Positions 48,236-61,300 of a DNA stretch of 64,000 nucleotides are shown here, piece after piece. Position 1 is the stretch's first letter; every line of letters starts with the position of its first letter. Under the pieces are notes generated by a model. It saw only the letters and a program-made list of their open reading frames with translations. It had not been told where the DNA came from and ran no database searches. Location: assembly GCA_002842495.1 (NCBI GenBank), contig PHDB01000022.1, positions 6,010-70,009 on the forward strand, given 5' to 3'. Source of the stretch: Bacteroidetes bacterium HGW-Bacteroidetes-6 (lineage in GTDB: Bacteria > Bacteroidota > Bacteroidia > Bacteroidales > DTU049). The translations under genes and the position numbers were made by a program.

Positions 48236-48505
48236 TTACCAACTTGCTTTTTTTACTCCGGGGATTTCTCCATTGAGAGCCATCTGGCGGAAATTGATAC
48301 GCGAGATGCCAAACATACGCATGTAGCCTTTGGGTCTTCCTGTAAGCTTGCAACGATTGTGCAACCGAATGCGCGAAGCATTCTTAGGCAGCTTCTGCAA
48401 ACCGATATAATCGCCGGCTGCCTTCATTGCAGCTTTTTTCTCAGCGTATTTATCAACCATTTCCTGCCGCTTAACTTCGCGGGCTTTCATCGATTCTTTT
48501 GCCAT
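48236..48505 (-). CDS. rpsN: 30S ribosomal protein S14
   Basis: [17 protein letters not shown]. Confidence 0.98.
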   Translation of the reverse strand: MAKESMKAREVKRQEMVDKYAEKKAAMKAAGDYIGLQKLPKNASRIRLHNRCKLTGRPKGYMRMFGISRINFRQMALNGEIPGVKKASW

Positions 48506-48507
48506 AC

Positions 48508-49059
48508 CTAGTGTTTTTTGAATGGGAGACCAAATGCTTTCAACAATGCATGCGATTCTTTATCGGTTGGGGCAGATGTCACAAATGTGATATCCATACC
48601 GGTAATTTTATTGATTTTATCAATATTGATTTCCGGAAAGATAATTTGCTCAGTAACACCAAATGTGTAATTGCCACGTCCGTCAAAACCTTTATCATTA
48701 ATGCCTCTGAAGTCGCGAATACGAGGAACAGAAACAGAAATCAAACGATCAAGAAATTCGTACATGCGTTCTCCGCGAAGAGTTACACGAACCCCTACCT
48801 GATTGCCAATACGAACTTTAAAATTCGAAATATCTTTTCTCGATTTTGTAGGAACAGCTTTCTGACCTGTAATATTAGTCATCTCTTCAACTGCAAAATC
48901 AATCAGTTTTTTATCTGCAACGGCATCGCCAACGCCCTGATTCACTGATATTTTCAGCAAACGAGGAACCTGCATAACAGTACTGTACTGGAATTCTTCC
49001 ATCAAAGCAGGAACGATTTCCTTGAGGTACTTCTCTTTGAGTCGGGGAACGTATGTCAT
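48508..49059 (-). CDS. rplE: 50S ribosomal protein L5
   Basis: [22 protein letters not shown]. Confidence 0.98.
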   Translation of the reverse strand: MTYVPRLKEKYLKEIVPALMEEFQYSTVMQVPRLLKISVNQGVGDAVADKKLIDFAVEEMTNITGQKAVPTKSRKDISNFKVRIGNQVGVRVTLRGERMYEFLDRLISVSVPRIRDFRGINDKGFDGRGNYTFGVTEQIIFPEINIDKINKITGMDITFVTSAPTDKESHALLKAFGLPFKKH

Positions 49060-49379
49060 TACTTAATCTCCTCCTTAGATTTTTTCGAATATCTTACTAT
49101 TGTTCCATCTTCTTTCACCTTGCGACCAACACGGGTAACATTACCAGCTTTGTCAACAAGCATCAGATTTGAAATATTGATGGAGGCTTCTTGTTTCACA
49201 ATACCGCCCTGGCTATTTTTTGCTGATGGTTTGGTATGCTTTGAAACCATGTTTACACCTTCAACAATAGCTCTGTATTTGTCGGGAAAAACTTCAAGCA
49301 CCCGACCTTCACTGCCGCGGTAGTTACCAGAAACAACCTTAACGTTGTCGCCTTTTTTGATTTTAATCTTTACATTCAT
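49059..49379 (-). CDS. rplX: 50S ribosomal protein L24
   Basis: [10 protein letters not shown] motif, VEGVN, GGIV..EA. Confidence 0.97.
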   Translation of the reverse strand: MNVKIKIKKGDNVKVVSGNYRGSEGRVLEVFPDKYRAIVEGVNMVSKHTKPSAKNSQGGIVKQEASINISNLMLVDKAGNVTRVGRKVKEDGTIVRYSKKSKEEIK

Positions 49380-49390
49380 AGCTGCGAAAA

Positions 49391-49759
49391 TTAGAGTACC
49401 TCAGGGGCCAGTGAAACAATTTTCATGTACTGCTTGTCGCGCAACTCGCGAGGAACGGGTCCGAAAATACGGGTACCGCGCAACTCATCCGAAGCACTCA
49501 GCAACACCACTGCGTTGTCGTCGAAGCGGATATATGAACCGTCGGGACGACGGATTTCTTTTTTCGTGCGAACAACCACAGCCTTGGTTACAGTACCTTT
49601 TTTGATGTTTCCGCTGGGGATGGCTGATTTCACCGTTACGATGATTGTGTCGCCCACCGAAGCGTATCTACGCTTGGTGCCACCCAGTACCCGGATACAA
49701 AGCACTTCCTTGGCTCCGCTGTTGTCTGCTACGTTAAGTCTTGATTCCTGCTGTATCAT
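49391..49759 (-). CDS. rplN: 50S ribosomal protein L14
   Basis: [22 protein letters not shown]. Confidence 0.98.
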   Translation of the reverse strand: MIQQESRLNVADNSGAKEVLCIRVLGGTKRRYASVGDTIIVTVKSAIPSGNIKKGTVTKAVVVRTKKEIRRPDGSYIRFDDNAVVLLSASDELRGTRIFGPVPRELRDKQYMKIVSLAPEVL

Positions 49760-49761
49760 GG

Positions 49762-50022
49762 TTATTTTGCCTTTTCGATTATTTCAATGAGTCTCCAACG
49801 TTTGAGCTTGCTCAAAGGACGGGTCTCCATAATTGCAACCTTGTCGCCAATTTTGCATTCGTTTGCTTCATCGTGAGCCACAAATGTTGAGGTCTTCTTG
49901 ATAAACTTTCCATATTTTGGATGCTTCAGGCGACGTTCGACGAGAACAACAATAGATTTATCCATTTTATTACTGGTAACTATTCCTACTCTCTCTTTCC
50001 GTAAATTTCTTTCCATTTCCAT
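49762..50022 (-). CDS. rpsQ: 30S ribosomal protein S17
   Basis: [21 protein letters not shown]. Confidence 0.97.
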   Translation of the reverse strand: MEMERNLRKERVGIVTSNKMDKSIVVLVERRLKHPKYGKFIKKTSTFVAHDEANECKIGDKVAIMETRPLSKLKRWRLIEIIEKAK

Positions 50023-50033
50023 TATAGCTGAAA

Positions 50034-50231
50034 TTACTTGATTTCCAATTCACGATTGCGCAACTCGGTCATTATGCGCGCCACTGTCTTTTTCGTCAGA
50101 CCGATAACGCCGGGGTTGTCCAAGGGATTAACGGCATGGCTCATATGCAACTTTGCAAGCTGCTTTCTTTCCTCTACCAGTCGCTCCTTGAGCTCGTCGG
50201 TTGTCATTTCTTTTATTACTGCTGTCTTCAT
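50034..50231 (-). CDS. rpmC: 50S ribosomal protein L29
   Basis: Position between rplP and rpsQ; [16 protein letters not shown]. Confidence 0.93.
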   Translation of the reverse strand: MKTAVIKEMTTDELKERLVEERKQLAKLHMSHAVNPLDNPGVIGLTKKTVARIMTELRNRELEIK

Positions 50232-50251
50232 AGCGATTCTGATTTAAAGGA

Positions 50252-50674
50252 CTATAGTTCGATAAAATCCCTGCGAACAATAAACTTGGTTTTCACCGGA
50301 AGTTTCTGCGCTGCAAGACGCAATGCTTCTTTGGCGACTTCGAGAGAAACCCCCTCGGCTTCGAACAAAATACGACCCGGAGCTACCGGAGCTACAAAAT
50401 ATTCGGGAGCACCTTTACCTTTACCCATACGAACTTCGTTTGGCTTTTTAGTAATAGGTTTGTCAGGGAATATGCGAATCCAGATTTGTCCTTCACGTTT
50501 CATATAACGAGTAACTGCCTGACGGGCTGCTTCTATTTGGCGACCAGTGAGCCAGGCTTCTTCCAGTGTCTTCAATCCGAAGGATCCGAATGCCAACTGA
50601 TGTCCACGCTGGGAAATCCCCTTGATGCAGTTTTTCTGTACTCTTCTGAATTTGGTTTTCTTTGGCTGTAACAT
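50252..50674 (-). CDS. rplP: 50S ribosomal protein L16
   Basis: MLQPK, RIFPDKP, RMGKGKG. Confidence 0.98.
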   Translation of the reverse strand: MLQPKKTKFRRVQKNCIKGISQRGHQLAFGSFGLKTLEEAWLTGRQIEAARQAVTRYMKREGQIWIRIFPDKPITKKPNEVRMGKGKGAPEYFVAPVAPGRILFEAEGVSLEVAKEALRLAAQKLPVKTKFIVRRDFIEL

Positions 50675-50686
50675 TGATCTTCAGTT

Positions 50687-51466
50687 TTATGAGTTGGCAC
50701 TATTCTTTTTTCCACCGCCACGATTGCGGTTGAAATTCTGATTACCTCCACCACGGTTGTTATTGTTGCCACCGCTGCGGCCGCCATCACGACGTTGTTT
50801 TTTGTCAGTACGGGGAGCTTCGATTCCATAGAAATCGGGCTTTCCGAACATTTCGCCTTTGCAAATCCAGACTTTGATTCCCAAACGACCATATGTAGTG
50901 TGAGCTTCCGATCTTGCATAGTCGATATCAGCACGCAATGTATGAAGTGGTGTACGTCCTTCTTTGTAATGTTCTGTACGGCTCATTTCGGCTCCACCGA
51001 TACGACCAGAAATAGACACTTTCATTCCTTCGGCACCCATACGCATTGTTGATGCAACAGATGTTTTGATGGCTTTTCTGTGCGACATGCGTCCTTCGAT
51101 CTGACGTGCAATATTGTTAGCTACAAGAACAGCTTCCATTTCGGGGCGTTTCACCTCTGAAATATTGATTTGTACTTCTTTCTGAGTCAATTTTTTGAGT
51201 TCTTCACGAAGTTCATCAACATCTTTACCTTTTTGTCCGATAATGAAACCGGGCTTTGCAGTATGAATGGTTACAGTAACAAGCTTCACGCTACGTTCGA
51301 TGAAGATTTTTGATACATTGGCTTTTGCCAGACGTACATTAAGATACTTACGAATCTTGTTGTCTTCTACCAGTTTTTCGCCAAAGGTTTTACCTCCGTA
51401 CCAAATGGAATCCCATCCGCGCGTAATTCCAAGTCTGTTGCCTATCGGGTTAGTTTTTTGTCCCAT
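50687..51466 (-). CDS. rpsC: 30S ribosomal protein S3
   Basis: [23 protein letters not shown]; G/N/R-rich tail. Confidence 0.98.
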   Translation of the reverse strand: MGQKTNPIGNRLGITRGWDSIWYGGKTFGEKLVEDNKIRKYLNVRLAKANVSKIFIERSVKLVTVTIHTAKPGFIIGQKGKDVDELREELKKLTQKEVQINISEVKRPEMEAVLVANNIARQIEGRMSHRKAIKTSVASTMRMGAEGMKVSISGRIGGAEMSRTEHYKEGRTPLHTLRADIDYARSEAHTTYGRLGIKVWICKGEMFGKPDFYGIEAPRTDKKQRRDGGRSGGNNNNRGGGNQNFNRNRGGGKKNSANS

Positions 51467-51472
51467 TATATA

Positions 51473-51901
51473 CTATTCTTGTGATTCAACTTTGGATTGT
51501 TCTTCGAAACGGCTTCCGAGCTCAATTGTAACATGATTTGAGCGTTTGCGGATGCGGTGTGCACGTCCTTGCGGAGCGGGCTGAATACGCTTAAGCATTC
51601 TTGCACCATCAACACTAACACTTTTAACATACAATCCGGCATCCTCAATTCTTACTTTGTTGTCGGTTTTCTGCTGCCAGTTGTTAATGGCAGATGTCAA
51701 CAATTTATAGAGGTATTCCGATGAACCGTTTACAGTTGTCTTCAGCATAGCCAAAGCAATATCTGCATTTTTACCTTTCAACTGGCGTACAACAGGACGC
51801 ATCTTACGAGGCGACACAGGACATCCGGTCAATCGGGCTGTATATTGACTTTTCTTTGCTTCTTTGCGCTTTTCGGCACTTATCCTTTTTCTAGCTCCCA
51901 T
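51473..51901 (-). CDS. rplV: 50S ribosomal protein L22
   Basis: SPRKMR, PQGRAHRIRKRSNH. Confidence 0.97.
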   Translation of the reverse strand: MGARKRISAEKRKEAKKSQYTARLTGCPVSPRKMRPVVRQLKGKNADIALAMLKTTVNGSSEYLYKLLTSAINNWQQKTDNKVRIEDAGLYVKSVSVDGARMLKRIQPAPQGRAHRIRKRSNHVTIELGSRFEEQSKVESQE

Positions 51902-51920
51902 GACAATTACCTTTTAATGA

Positions 51921-52184
51921 TTATTTCTTACCAGCATGGCCACGGAAAATGCGTGTGGGCGAAAATTCTCCCAATTTATGCCCTACCATGTTTTCGGTTA
52001 CATACACAGGAACAAACTTTATCCCGTTGTGGACACCGATTGTTATACCGACAAAATCGGGTGTTATCATCGATGCGCGCGACCAGGTATTGATGGTGGT
52101 CTTTTTTCCGGATTCCTGTGCTTCGAGAACTCTTTTCTCAAGTTTATGGTGCACGAAAGGACCTTTTTTCAATGAGCGACTCAT
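51921..52184 (-). CDS. rpsS: 30S ribosomal protein S19
   Basis: [17 protein letters not shown]. Confidence 0.98.
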   Translation of the reverse strand: MSRSLKKGPFVHHKLEKRVLEAQESGKKTTINTWSRASMITPDFVGITIGVHNGIKFVPVYVTENMVGHKLGEFSPTRIFRGHAGKK

Positions 52185-52196
52185 AGTGTATCCCTG

Positions 52197-53018
52197 TTAT
52201 TTTTTACGTCTTTCAATAATGAATTTATCGGAAGCTTTTTTCCCGCGGGTTTTATAACCCTTTGAAGGAACTCCCTTGCGTGTACGTGGGTGTCCACCCG
52301 TTGAACGACCTTCACCACCACCCATAGGGTGATCGACAGGGTTCATGGCTACACCACGGTTGCGAGGTCTGCGACCTTGCCAACGTGAACGACCAGCTTT
52401 CCCGCTAACCTCCAGGTTATGCTCCGGATTCGAAACAGAACCAACAGTTGCACGGCAGGTTTGAAGAATCAAACGTGTTTCGCCACTGGGCATCTTCAGT
52501 ACAGCATATTTACCGTCACGCGACAGCAACTGAGCGTAGGAACCTGCGCTGCGTGCAAGTTTTGCACCCTGACCAGGATTAAGCTCAATATTGTGAACTA
52601 CAGTTCCGAAAGGAATTTCGCTCAGGTACATTGTATTTCCGATTTCCGGAGCAACACCTCTACCTGCAACAAGTTCCTGACCAACCTGCAGTCCCTGCGG
52701 AGCAATAATATAGCGCTTTTCACCATCTTTATAAAACAACAATGCTATACGTGCACTGCGGTTTGGATCATATTCAATGGTTTGAACAATAGCTGGAATG
52801 CCTTCTTTATCCCTTTTGAAATCGATGATACGATACATCTTTTTATGACCACCGCCAATATAGCGCATGGTCATCTTGCCGGTTTGGTTTCTACCACCGG
52901 TTCTTTTCTTGGGAACTACCAGGCTTTTTTCCGGAGCCGTTGCCGTTATTTCATCGTACGAACTGATCAGCTTAAATCGTTGGCTGGGAGTCGTCGGTTT
53001 GTATTTTTTCAGTCCCAT
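52197..53018 (-). CDS. rplB: 50S ribosomal protein L2
   Basis: [24 protein letters not shown]. Confidence 0.98.
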   Translation of the reverse strand: MGLKKYKPTTPSQRFKLISSYDEITATAPEKSLVVPKKRTGGRNQTGKMTMRYIGGGHKKMYRIIDFKRDKEGIPAIVQTIEYDPNRSARIALLFYKDGEKRYIIAPQGLQVGQELVAGRGVAPEIGNTMYLSEIPFGTVVHNIELNPGQGAKLARSAGSYAQLLSRDGKYAVLKMPSGETRLILQTCRATVGSVSNPEHNLEVSGKAGRSRWQGRRPRNRGVAMNPVDHPMGGGEGRSTGGHPRTRKGVPSKGYKTRGKKASDKFIIERRKK

Positions 53019-53033
53019 CTCTGGTTTTTATAT

Positions 53034-53324
53034 TTAAACGTTACTGTAAAAGTCAATTTTTTCGCCTGCTTTTAGTGTGATGATGGCTTTTTTAAACGCG
53101 TTTGTGCGTCCACTCACCCATCCTCTACGGGTACCGCGAAACTTTCGTTTGCCCGCATATATCATGGTGTTAACTTCAACAACATGAACTCCGTATAAAG
53201 ACTCAACCGCCTCCTTAATCTGAATTTTGTTGGCTGTTTTATAAACAATAAAACCAAACTGATTCAGTTGCTCGTTCTTGGCTGTCATCTTTTCCGTTAC
53301 CAATGGTCTAATTAATACGTCCAT
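53034..53324 (-). CDS. rplW: 50S ribosomal protein L23
   Basis: P.VTEK, ANKIQIK, KKAIITL. Confidence 0.97.
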   Translation of the reverse strand: MDVLIRPLVTEKMTAKNEQLNQFGFIVYKTANKIQIKEAVESLYGVHVVEVNTMIYAGKRKFRGTRRGWVSGRTNAFKKAIITLKAGEKIDFYSNV

Positions 53325-53360
53325 TTTTTAACAATTTTAGTTCACTTCCTGAAGTCATTT

Positions 53361-53996
53361 TTATTCTTCACCCAAAAAAATCGAGTCCAATTTTGTCAAA
53401 CTTGCTTCCGAAATAAAGACAACCTGAGCATTCAAAATATCGTAAGTGTTTAATTTCGAAGCTGTTACCACCTTTACTTTCTTCAAATTTCGGGACGACA
53501 AATATACGTTATTATTTGAATCATCCAACACAAATAATGATTTTTTTTGTGTTAATTCAAAATTTTTCAGAATTTCGATGAAATTTTTAGTCTTAGGTTG
53601 TTCCATTTCAACGCCTTCAATAACTTTGATAGCATCTTCAACAACTTTGTAAGAAAGAGCACTCTTGCGGGCAAGAACTTTCACTTTCTTATTTACTTTA
53701 AAACCATAGTCGCGTGGGTGAGGACCAAAAGCACGAGCTCCACCATGAAGTAATGGCGATTTAACGTCGCCACGACGGGCTCCACCGGTTCCCTTCTGGC
53801 GGAATAGTTTACGTGTACTTCCACTCAGGTCGCTACGCTCCCTGCTATCGTGGGTTCCTTGACGCTGGTCGGCCAATATCCTTTTCACATCAAGATAGAT
53901 GGCATGATCGTTGGGCGTGATGGCGAAAATTTCGTCATTCAAAACAGCCGTTTTACTGCTGGCTTTGCCACTGGTGTTATATACTTTTACTTCCAT
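53361..53996 (-). CDS. rplD: 50S ribosomal protein L4
   Basis: [20 protein letters not shown]. Confidence 0.97.
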   Translation of the reverse strand: MEVKVYNTSGKASSKTAVLNDEIFAITPNDHAIYLDVKRILADQRQGTHDSRERSDLSGSTRKLFRQKGTGGARRGDVKSPLLHGGARAFGPHPRDYGFKVNKKVKVLARKSALSYKVVEDAIKVIEGVEMEQPKTKNFIEILKNFELTQKKSLFVLDDSNNNVYLSSRNLKKVKVVTASKLNTYDILNAQVVFISEASLTKLDSIFLGEE

Positions 53997-54616
53997 CTTT
54001 CTAAAATTACGTATGAACCATTAGCGCCGGCAACCGAACCTTTAATAAGAATAAGATTCTTTTCCGGCATTATTTTTACAATCTGGAGGTTAATCATTTT
54101 AACCCGCTGCGATCCATCGTGACCTGCCATGCGCATACCTTTAAACACACGACTGGGATAAGATGATGCTCCAATAGAACCTGGTGCACGTCCGCGGTTG
54201 TGCTGACCGTGAGTCGCGTCATTCACACCCCGGAAGCCATGACGTTTTACAACACCCTGAAAACCTTTTCCTTTTGAAGTTCCTACAACATCAATGAATT
54301 CACCTTCAATAAAAACATCAACTGTAACAAAGTCGCCCAACGATTTCTGGTGACCTTCCTCAAAACGAGAAAATTCGCGCAAAATACGTTTAGGTGATGT
54401 GCCGGCCTTCTCAAAATGGCCTTTCATAGCTTTCGATGTTCTTTTTTCTTTCTTGTCGTCGTAAGCAAGCTGTATGGCATCATAACCGTCAGTTTGCTTG
54501 GTCTTGACCTGAGTCACGACGCAAGGACCTGCTTCAATAACTGTGCATGGAATTATCTTTCCAGAGGCATCGTGAAAGCTGGTCATACCGATTTTTTTTC
54601 CAATTAAACCTGACAT
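53987..54616 (-). CDS. rplC: 50S ribosomal protein L3
   Basis: [30 protein letters not shown]. Confidence 0.98.
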   Translation of the reverse strand: MSGLIGKKIGMTSFHDASGKIIPCTVIEAGPCVVTQVKTKQTDGYDAIQLAYDDKKEKRTSKAMKGHFEKAGTSPKRILREFSRFEEGHQKSLGDFVTVDVFIEGEFIDVVGTSKGKGFQGVVKRHGFRGVNDATHGQHNRGRAPGSIGASSYPSRVFKGMRMAGHDGSQRVKMINLQIVKIMPEKNLILIKGSVAGANGSYVILERWK

Positions 54617-54634
54617 GTTATCTTGTTTTAGTAA

Positions 54635-54943
54635 TTACACTTTGATCTCGATTTCCACACCACGTGGCAATTCGAGTTTCATCAACTCATCGATGGTCTT
54701 CGATTGCTGATTGTAGTAAATATCGATAAGACGCTTGTAGGTAAAAAGCTGGAATTGTTCGCGGGCTTTTTTGTTTACAAATGTCGATCGGTTTACGGTG
54801 AAAAACTTCTTGTCGGTTGGAAGCGGAATAGGTCCGTTCACAACAGCATTGGTAGCTTTCACAATCTTAACAATCTTCTCAGCAGATTTATCCACTAAGT
54901 AGTGATCGTACGATTTAAGCTTGATTCTGATTTTTTGACTCAC
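54635..54943 (-). CDS. rpsJ: 30S ribosomal protein S10
   Basis: GTG start at 54943: (M)[20 protein letters not shown]. Confidence 0.96.
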   Translation of the reverse strand: MSQKIRIKLKSYDHYLVDKSAEKIVKIVKATNAVVNGPIPLPTDKKFFTVNRSTFVNKKAREQFQLFTYKRLIDIYYNQQSKTIDELMKLELPRGVEIEIKV

Positions 54944-54974
54944 GGTATTGTACTTTTTGTTTGACAATTTCTTT

Positions 54975-57077
54975 TTAAAATGACACCTTGATGCCCTTCA
55001 TCCTGAAAATAATATCCTGGGCTAGCTCAGGAGGTGTTATATTGTAATGCGAAAATTCCATGCTCGACGTAGCCCTGCCCGAAGTAAGACTACGCAATGT
55101 TGTCACGTAACCAAATGTTTCTCCGAGAGGAATAACTGCTTTAACTGCACTTGCATTCATCACATTTTCAATTCCGGTAATTTCGCCTCTGCGACGATTA
55201 ATATCGCCTGTAACGTCGCCAACATACTCCTCGGGAGTTACCACTTCGAGTTTCATGATAGGTTCGAGCAGGTTGTTTTTTATTTTCCTAGAAGCTTCTT
55301 TGAAAGCAATGTTGCCACAAATTTCAAAAGCCAGTGTATCGCTATCGGCTTCGTGGGTAACTGCATCCAGCAACTCAACCTTTGCACAAAAAACAGGATA
55401 ACCAGCCATGACACCTGTTTCCATTGCTGATTTAATTCCTTTCTCAACTGCAGCTGCATGTTCTTTCGACAATATGCCCTGACGAACATTATTAACAAAC
55501 TGCAGCCCCTTTGCATTCACAGGAGCAGGGGAAACTTTGATTTCGATTTCGGCAAATTTTCCACGTCCGCCACTTTGCTTGCGATACGATTCGCGATGAA
55601 TGATAGTACCCGCAACAGCTTCGCGATATGCAACCTGCGGCTTTCCTAGTGTACATTCAACTTTCGACTCACGACGCAAACGATCTACAATAATATCGAG
55701 ATGAAGTTCGCCCATACCACTAATAATAGTCTGACCGGTTTCGTCATCAGCACGAACAGTGAAAGTAGGATCTTCTTCAGCCAGTTTTTGCAGGCTCGAA
55801 CCTAATTTATCAAGGTCGTTTTGAGTTTTAGGTTCAATAGCGATACTTACGACAGGTTCGGGAAACTGCATGGTTTCGAGCATCAACGGATTGCGCTCGT
55901 CGCACAAAGTATCGCCCGTTTTCACATTCCGCAATCCAATAATTGCTCCGATGTCGCCAGCTTCGAGAGTATCGACAGCATTCTGTTTGTTTGAATGCAT
56001 GCGAATAAGACGCGAAACCCGTTCTTTCTGTTCAGTAGAACTATTGTACACCATCATTCCACTCTGAAGCGAACCACTATAAACACGGGTAAATGCCAAA
56101 CGACCCACATAGGAATCGTTGACAATTTTAAATACCAAAGCGCAAAGTTTTCCTTCGGTTGTACAATGACGATTTTCTTTTTCGTCGTTTTTCGGGTTGA
56201 CTCCTACAACAGGAGCAATATCTAGTGGCGAAGGCAAGTATTGGACAATCCCATCAATAAGCTTCTGAACTCCCATGTTGTGGAAAGAAGAACCGCAGAA
56301 AACAGGAAAAGCCCTGCTTTCGAGCGTGGCTTTACGTAACTGGTTTAGGATTTCGCTTTCGGAGATAGAATCCGGATTTTCAATATACTTTTCGAAGAGT
56401 TCCGGATTTTCTTCAGCGGCACCTTCTATCAGTTTCAGCCTGTATTCCTCCACTATTTTAAGCATATGTTCCGGTACAGGAATTTCGGAATATTCTTTAC
56501 CCAAACTTTCCTGATCCCAAACATAAGCTTTGTTTTCAATCAAATCAACCAGACCGGTAAACTCATCTTCCTCAATAATAGGCACTTGTACAGGGATAGG
56601 ATTACCACCCAGCTTTTCAGCAATCTGTGTAACAACCCTGAAAAAATCGGCACCCTGACGATCCATCTTATTCACATAGCAAATGCGAGGCACTTTATAT
56701 TTGTTGGCCTGACGCCAAACGGTTTCGCTTTGCGGCTGAACGGCACCAACAGCACAAAATACTGCTACAGCACCATCGAGAACGCGAAGCGATCGCTCCA
56801 CTTCTACAGTGAAATCGACATGCCCCGGAGTGTCAATGATATTTACCTGATATTTCTGATCGTTCGAAACCCAATAAACAGTTGTGGCAGCTGAAGTAAT
56901 AGTAATTCCACGTTCCTGTTCCTGAATCATCCAATCCATGGTAGCAGTACCGTCATCCACTTCCCCAATTTCGTAATTGACTCCGGAATAATACAAAATG
57001 CGTTCTGTCGTCGTCGTCTTACCGGCGTCGATATGAGCCATAATGCCAATGTTCCTTATATGAGTCAATTCAGCCAC
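54975..57077 (-). CDS. fusA: Elongation factor G (str-operon copy, divergent domain IV)
   Basis: [37 protein letters not shown]; between rpsG and rpsJ. Confidence 0.95.
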   Translation of the reverse strand: MAELTHIRNIGIMAHIDAGKTTTTERILYYSGVNYEIGEVDDGTATMDWMIQEQERGITITSAATTVYWVSNDQKYQVNIIDTPGHVDFTVEVERSLRVLDGAVAVFCAVGAVQPQSETVWRQANKYKVPRICYVNKMDRQGADFFRVVTQIAEKLGGNPIPVQVPIIEEDEFTGLVDLIENKAYVWDQESLGKEYSEIPVPEHMLKIVEEYRLKLIEGAAEENPELFEKYIENPDSISESEILNQLRKATLESRAFPVFCGSSFHNMGVQKLIDGIVQYLPSPLDIAPVVGVNPKNDEKENRHCTTEGKLCALVFKIVNDSYVGRLAFTRVYSGSLQSGMMVYNSSTEQKERVSRLIRMHSNKQNAVDTLEAGDIGAIIGLRNVKTGDTLCDERNPLMLETMQFPEPVVSIAIEPKTQNDLDKLGSSLQKLAEEDPTFTVRADDETGQTIISGMGELHLDIIVDRLRRESKVECTLGKPQVAYREAVAGTIIHRESYRKQSGGRGKFAEIEIKVSPAPVNAKGLQFVNNVRQGILSKEHAAAVEKGIKSAMETGVMAGYPVFCAKVELLDAVTHEADSDTLAFEICGNIAFKEASRKIKNNLLEPIMKLEVVTPEEYVGDVTGDINRRRGEITGIENVMNASAVKAVIPLGETFGYVTTLRSLTSGRATSSMEFSHYNITPPELAQDIIFRMKGIKVSF

Positions 57078-57085
57078 GGTGTTCC

Positions 57086-57553
57086 TTAGAATCTGAAATG
57101 CGAAAAAGCCTTGTTGGCTTCTGCCATGCGGTGAATATCTTCTTTACGTTTGAAAGCCGAACCTTCTTCTTTGTAAGCAGCCATGATTTCGCCAGCCAGT
57201 TTTGAGGCCATTGATTTTTCATGACGTTTACGAGCGAAGCCGATAAGGTGCTTCATACCGATACTACTTTTACGTTCGGCTCTGATTTCTGAAGGAATCT
57301 GAAAAGTGGCACCACCAATGCGGCGGCTACGTACTTCAACCGAAGGTGTAACATTTTCAAGTGCCTTTTTGAACACTTCGAGTCCGTCTTCTTTGGTTTT
57401 TTCGGCTACTTGATCGATTGCATCATAAAAAATCTTGTAAGAACTGTTCTTTTTCCCACTATACATGAGATTGTTCACAAATTTTGTCACCAATTGGTCA
57501 CCGAATTTGGGATCAGGAAGAATAATTCTCTTTTTTGGTTTTGCTTTTCTCAT
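57086..57553 (-). CDS. rpsG: 30S ribosomal protein S7
   Basis: [23 protein letters not shown]. Confidence 0.98.
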   Translation of the reverse strand: MRKAKPKKRIILPDPKFGDQLVTKFVNNLMYSGKKNSSYKIFYDAIDQVAEKTKEDGLEVFKKALENVTPSVEVRSRRIGGATFQIPSEIRAERKSSIGMKHLIGFARKRHEKSMASKLAGEIMAAYKEEGSAFKRKEDIHRMAEANKAFSHFRF

Positions 57554-57577
57554 ATCGTCGCGATATTATTATGAAAA

Positions 57578-57958
57578 TTAAGCTTTTTTCTTGGGTCGTT
57601 TAGCACCATATTTCGAACGGCGTTGGAGACGGCCTTCCACTCCTGCGGTATCGAGGGCTCCGCGTACAATGTGATAGCGAACACCAGGAAGATCTTTAAC
57701 TCTTCCCCCGCGAACCAACACAATGCTATGTTCCTGCAGATTATGACCTTCACCAGGAATATAGGCAGTAACTTCGAATCCATTGGTAAGCCTAACCCTG
57801 GCTACCTTGCGCATAGCCGAATTCGGCTTTTTGGGTGTGGTGGTATAAACCCTGGTACACACTCCTCGACGTTGCGGACACGATGTCAATGCTGGACTCT
57901 TGCTCTTGTACACAAGCTCCTTGCGTCCTTTACGAACCAATTGTTGTATTGTCGGCAT
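57578..57958 (-). CDS. rpsL: 30S ribosomal protein S12
   Basis: [20 protein letters not shown]. Confidence 0.99.
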   Translation of the reverse strand: MPTIQQLVRKGRKELVYKSKSPALTSCPQRRGVCTRVYTTTPKKPNSAMRKVARVRLTNGFEVTAYIPGEGHNLQEHSIVLVRGGRVKDLPGVRYHIVRGALDTAGVEGRLQRRSKYGAKRPKKKA

Positions 57959-58006
57959 ACTGTAACGTTTTGTTTACAATGTTTTACCCCTAATTTTTTG
58001 GGACTG

Positions 58007-58014
58007 CAAAGGTA
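58007..58014 (-). promoter_or_regulatory. -7 promoter element (TACCTTTG) of the str/S10 superoperon
   Basis: TAnnTTTG 48 nt upstream of the rpsL ATG. Confidence 0.65.
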
Positions 58015-58354
58015 GATAGTTTATTTTAAATAACCAACACTTTCTGAAAAATTATTTTAGATAGTCTTTTTCATCTATTTTTAAACATTTCTAATACCTT
58101 ATAATATATATACTTGGGAATAATTTTCACACAAAATATACCAACAGCAATGTTTTCAGGGAGCCTTTCACTATGGCCCTTATCAGCTTTAGAATTTCAA
58201 CAGTCCACACACAATAGATAAATAGCAGAACCATTTAAGTTTCCAATTGTAAAAGCCATCTCCACTACAAAAATATTAAACTACTGAAAAATAAGACTGC
58301 TCTAATAAAATTTACTTAGACAATGCAATACTCTGTCTCTACAGCACAAATTCT

Positions 58355-61300
58355 TTATCGTATCAGCATCATCTTGCCAAATTCCTTTGTGAAATACTGT
58401 CCTGCACTGGTCTTAATTTTATCCATCTGTTCACCATTAAGTTTCACAATAACACGATAGAGATAAACCCCATTGGCCAACTGATCGCCATATTCGTCGT
58501 GACCATCCCACGCATATTCGGTAATGTTGCGCCCAATATGGATTGGACCAAGCTCTGATTTATCGATTTCGCGAACCACCTTTCCAGTGATGGTCATAAT
58601 TTGAATTTTAAAATAGTCGGGTACTTCGGATCCTGTAAGTGTAAACACAAAATGGGTTTGGGTGCTGAAGGGATTGGGCCAGTTGAGAACATCAGTAATA
58701 GCTGGTGTATTGATGACCTCAAAATTTATCTGATAGTCAATACTTCCACTTTCATTGCCGGTCTTGTCACGCGCCTGAACCATGAGCATATATTTTCCGT
58801 CGGATAAATTCGAAGCCGGATATTCAATTCGCGCTGTATTATTTTGTGTCGACGAAGCTGGATAAAAATGCATTTGTTCGGTACTACCTACATTGAAATA
58901 AATCCGTTCGAGTTCTGTGGCTCCTGGGCGTTGCAAATAGACCCTAAATGCAGTGGTGTCATCCAGCATCAAATAGCGGTTTTCATCTTTAAGCAATACT
59001 TCAATATTGGGGTTGGCACTCACAATGTCGCCATCAAGAATATGAACGCCATCGAAAGTTACATCAAGCATTGGATTGATTCGATCCTTATCTACTAAAA
59101 ATCTAATTTCAGCTATATTGTTGAAGTGGTATTGCTCAAGCTGGTCGTACAAACCTGTAGCCGTATCAACCGGATTGAATTCAACCCAAATACTATTGAT
59201 TCCGGCATAGCCTTGAGTCGAAAATGCCACCGAATCAACAATCACATCGCCAACCGGATGCAACCGCAGTTTTTTTCGGGCTAATTGATGAATATTTCTG
59301 TCGTTATCGATAAGCCAGTATGCCACCGAAAGGCTATCGGGAAAATCAACTGGTCCTACATTTCGTGTTGCAATGGCAAAACGCACTGTTTCACCTTCCT
59401 GAACAGTATCATTGTAAAATGTATAATACGAAACAGGATCGATAGCCGTTTCAGGAATGGGCTCATACAGAACCTGCCAGCGCTCGAGTTGGGCGGGTGT
59501 GCGCAAACTGTCGTCGCTAACGCGAAGGTGTAGTTTCAGATACGGATAAACCGACGCATCGATTCGCGAAGACAAATTAAGAATATCAAGCGAATCGATT
59601 ACCGGTGGCAAATCACTAATTACAGTATCGGCAGAGCCATCGGCTTTAATACCAACAACATCGAGTCTCACAGAATCGGTCCACAACCCAGGTTCATAAC
59701 TCTTTACACGCCAATGCAAACTTCCCCACTCCGATGCAGGTCCAACAACAGTCGATTCCATATACCCTTCGCGCCAATTCGTTGTAATAGGATACTGAGC
59801 ACTAATGATACTATTGATGTTTGCACCAACCCTTTCATCAGCCAACATGGGTTGCCCTTTGCGTCCAAAAATAATATAGGGCATATTATTCGGCACAGTA
59901 CGTATAAGATTGGATCCAATACTTTCGAAAGCCTGATACAAAGCCTCAGGATAATTCTCTGCGTTGTGATTTCGATGGCTAAAAGCCAAAACATAATAAC
60001 CATCAGGAATTGAATCAATAAAATCAGTCATTCGCGTGAACCAGGGCTCTCCATTGGTGAAAAAATCAAAGTCGTAATAAGCGTAAGTTCTGCAATTTAA
60101 TGCATAGGATGGACCATAGCCATCACCATCAGGATCTGCATTCATCCATGGGGCTATACTAAGTGTATCAAAAACGGCAAACTTCATCCCATCACCATTG
60201 TAGTTGGTACACGACCACTGACCTTTTAGAATATTATCAATTTTATACCATTCTTCGGACCACTGAATATAAGGGTAGTATCCCGTTTGTACGCTGATGC
60301 TTACAATACTATTGATAAATTCCAGAATACGGGAAGGCTTATTATAACTCACATACTGAAAGTTGTCGTTTTTATACTGAAAAAAATGTGCCTGACCCCA
60401 ACCACGTTTTCCGGTAATGTATTGAAATGAACTTTCACGCCAGTTGCTGGTAGCTGTTGAGCTTACTCGCCAGAAATAAACAGTTGAATCAGGTAAGGTA
60501 AGCATTGAGTAAGGCAAGGCCCATTCAACTATTCCGCCTGTTTGCACTATAGGCAAACTTTGTTGCATAAACGGGCTATTGAAAGCATCAGTTGTATCGA
60601 TTTGAAAAATGTATGTTCCCATTGCAGCCATGGCATAACCTGTACTTGCAACCAACGTAACAAAAGTATCCGGAATCACAGCATATTCATAAGGATACAC
60701 CGGATTTACGTCGTTTGAAATAATAAACAAAGTCGCACTGGAAATATTATTGGTTTCAACGGTCTCGGAAACGGCATCAAATGCATCGATGGTAGCTGTA
60801 AAAGTATTGAGACCAACCCCATTTAGTGGTTCAACCGGAAGAGTGAACACGATAGTATCGGCAAAGCATGGAGAGGGAATATACTTCTGATATATTTCGG
60901 TTGACTGATTGGGAAAAGTTCTTGAAAGCTCTAATACAACAGAATCGGATACGGCCATACCTATATTTGAAGTAATCACTTTTACGTCAAAAGAGTCCAG
61001 TTCATTTGTAACATTAATCGGGTCGAAATAAATACTCCCAGCCAAAATCACAAAATCGGGTTGAGGAAAACCACCCAATCGAAGAACAGGGTCACCATGA
61101 AGTGTCATTTCTAGCAACACTTCACGCAACGAATTATCCATCCCCGTATATTGAACCGTTTTAATTGTTTGCTGAATAATATACCCTATCCGTTCATTAT
61201 AATTTCTGCGTGCTATTCTTCCCACTAGTTCCGAACTATACGAATTGAGTGAAGGAGCCAACGATTTGGTAATTGAACCAATATAACCAATAGTTCCCTT

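Noticed and set aside
43248-48505. Zn-ribbon-less L36 and S14 as a zinc-starvation paralog set
   Set aside because: These forms are the normal operon-resident versions in Bacteroidota
54635-57958. Absence of tuf between fusA and rpsJ
   Set aside because: rpsL-rpsG-fusA-rpsJ is the usual Bacteroidota arrangement
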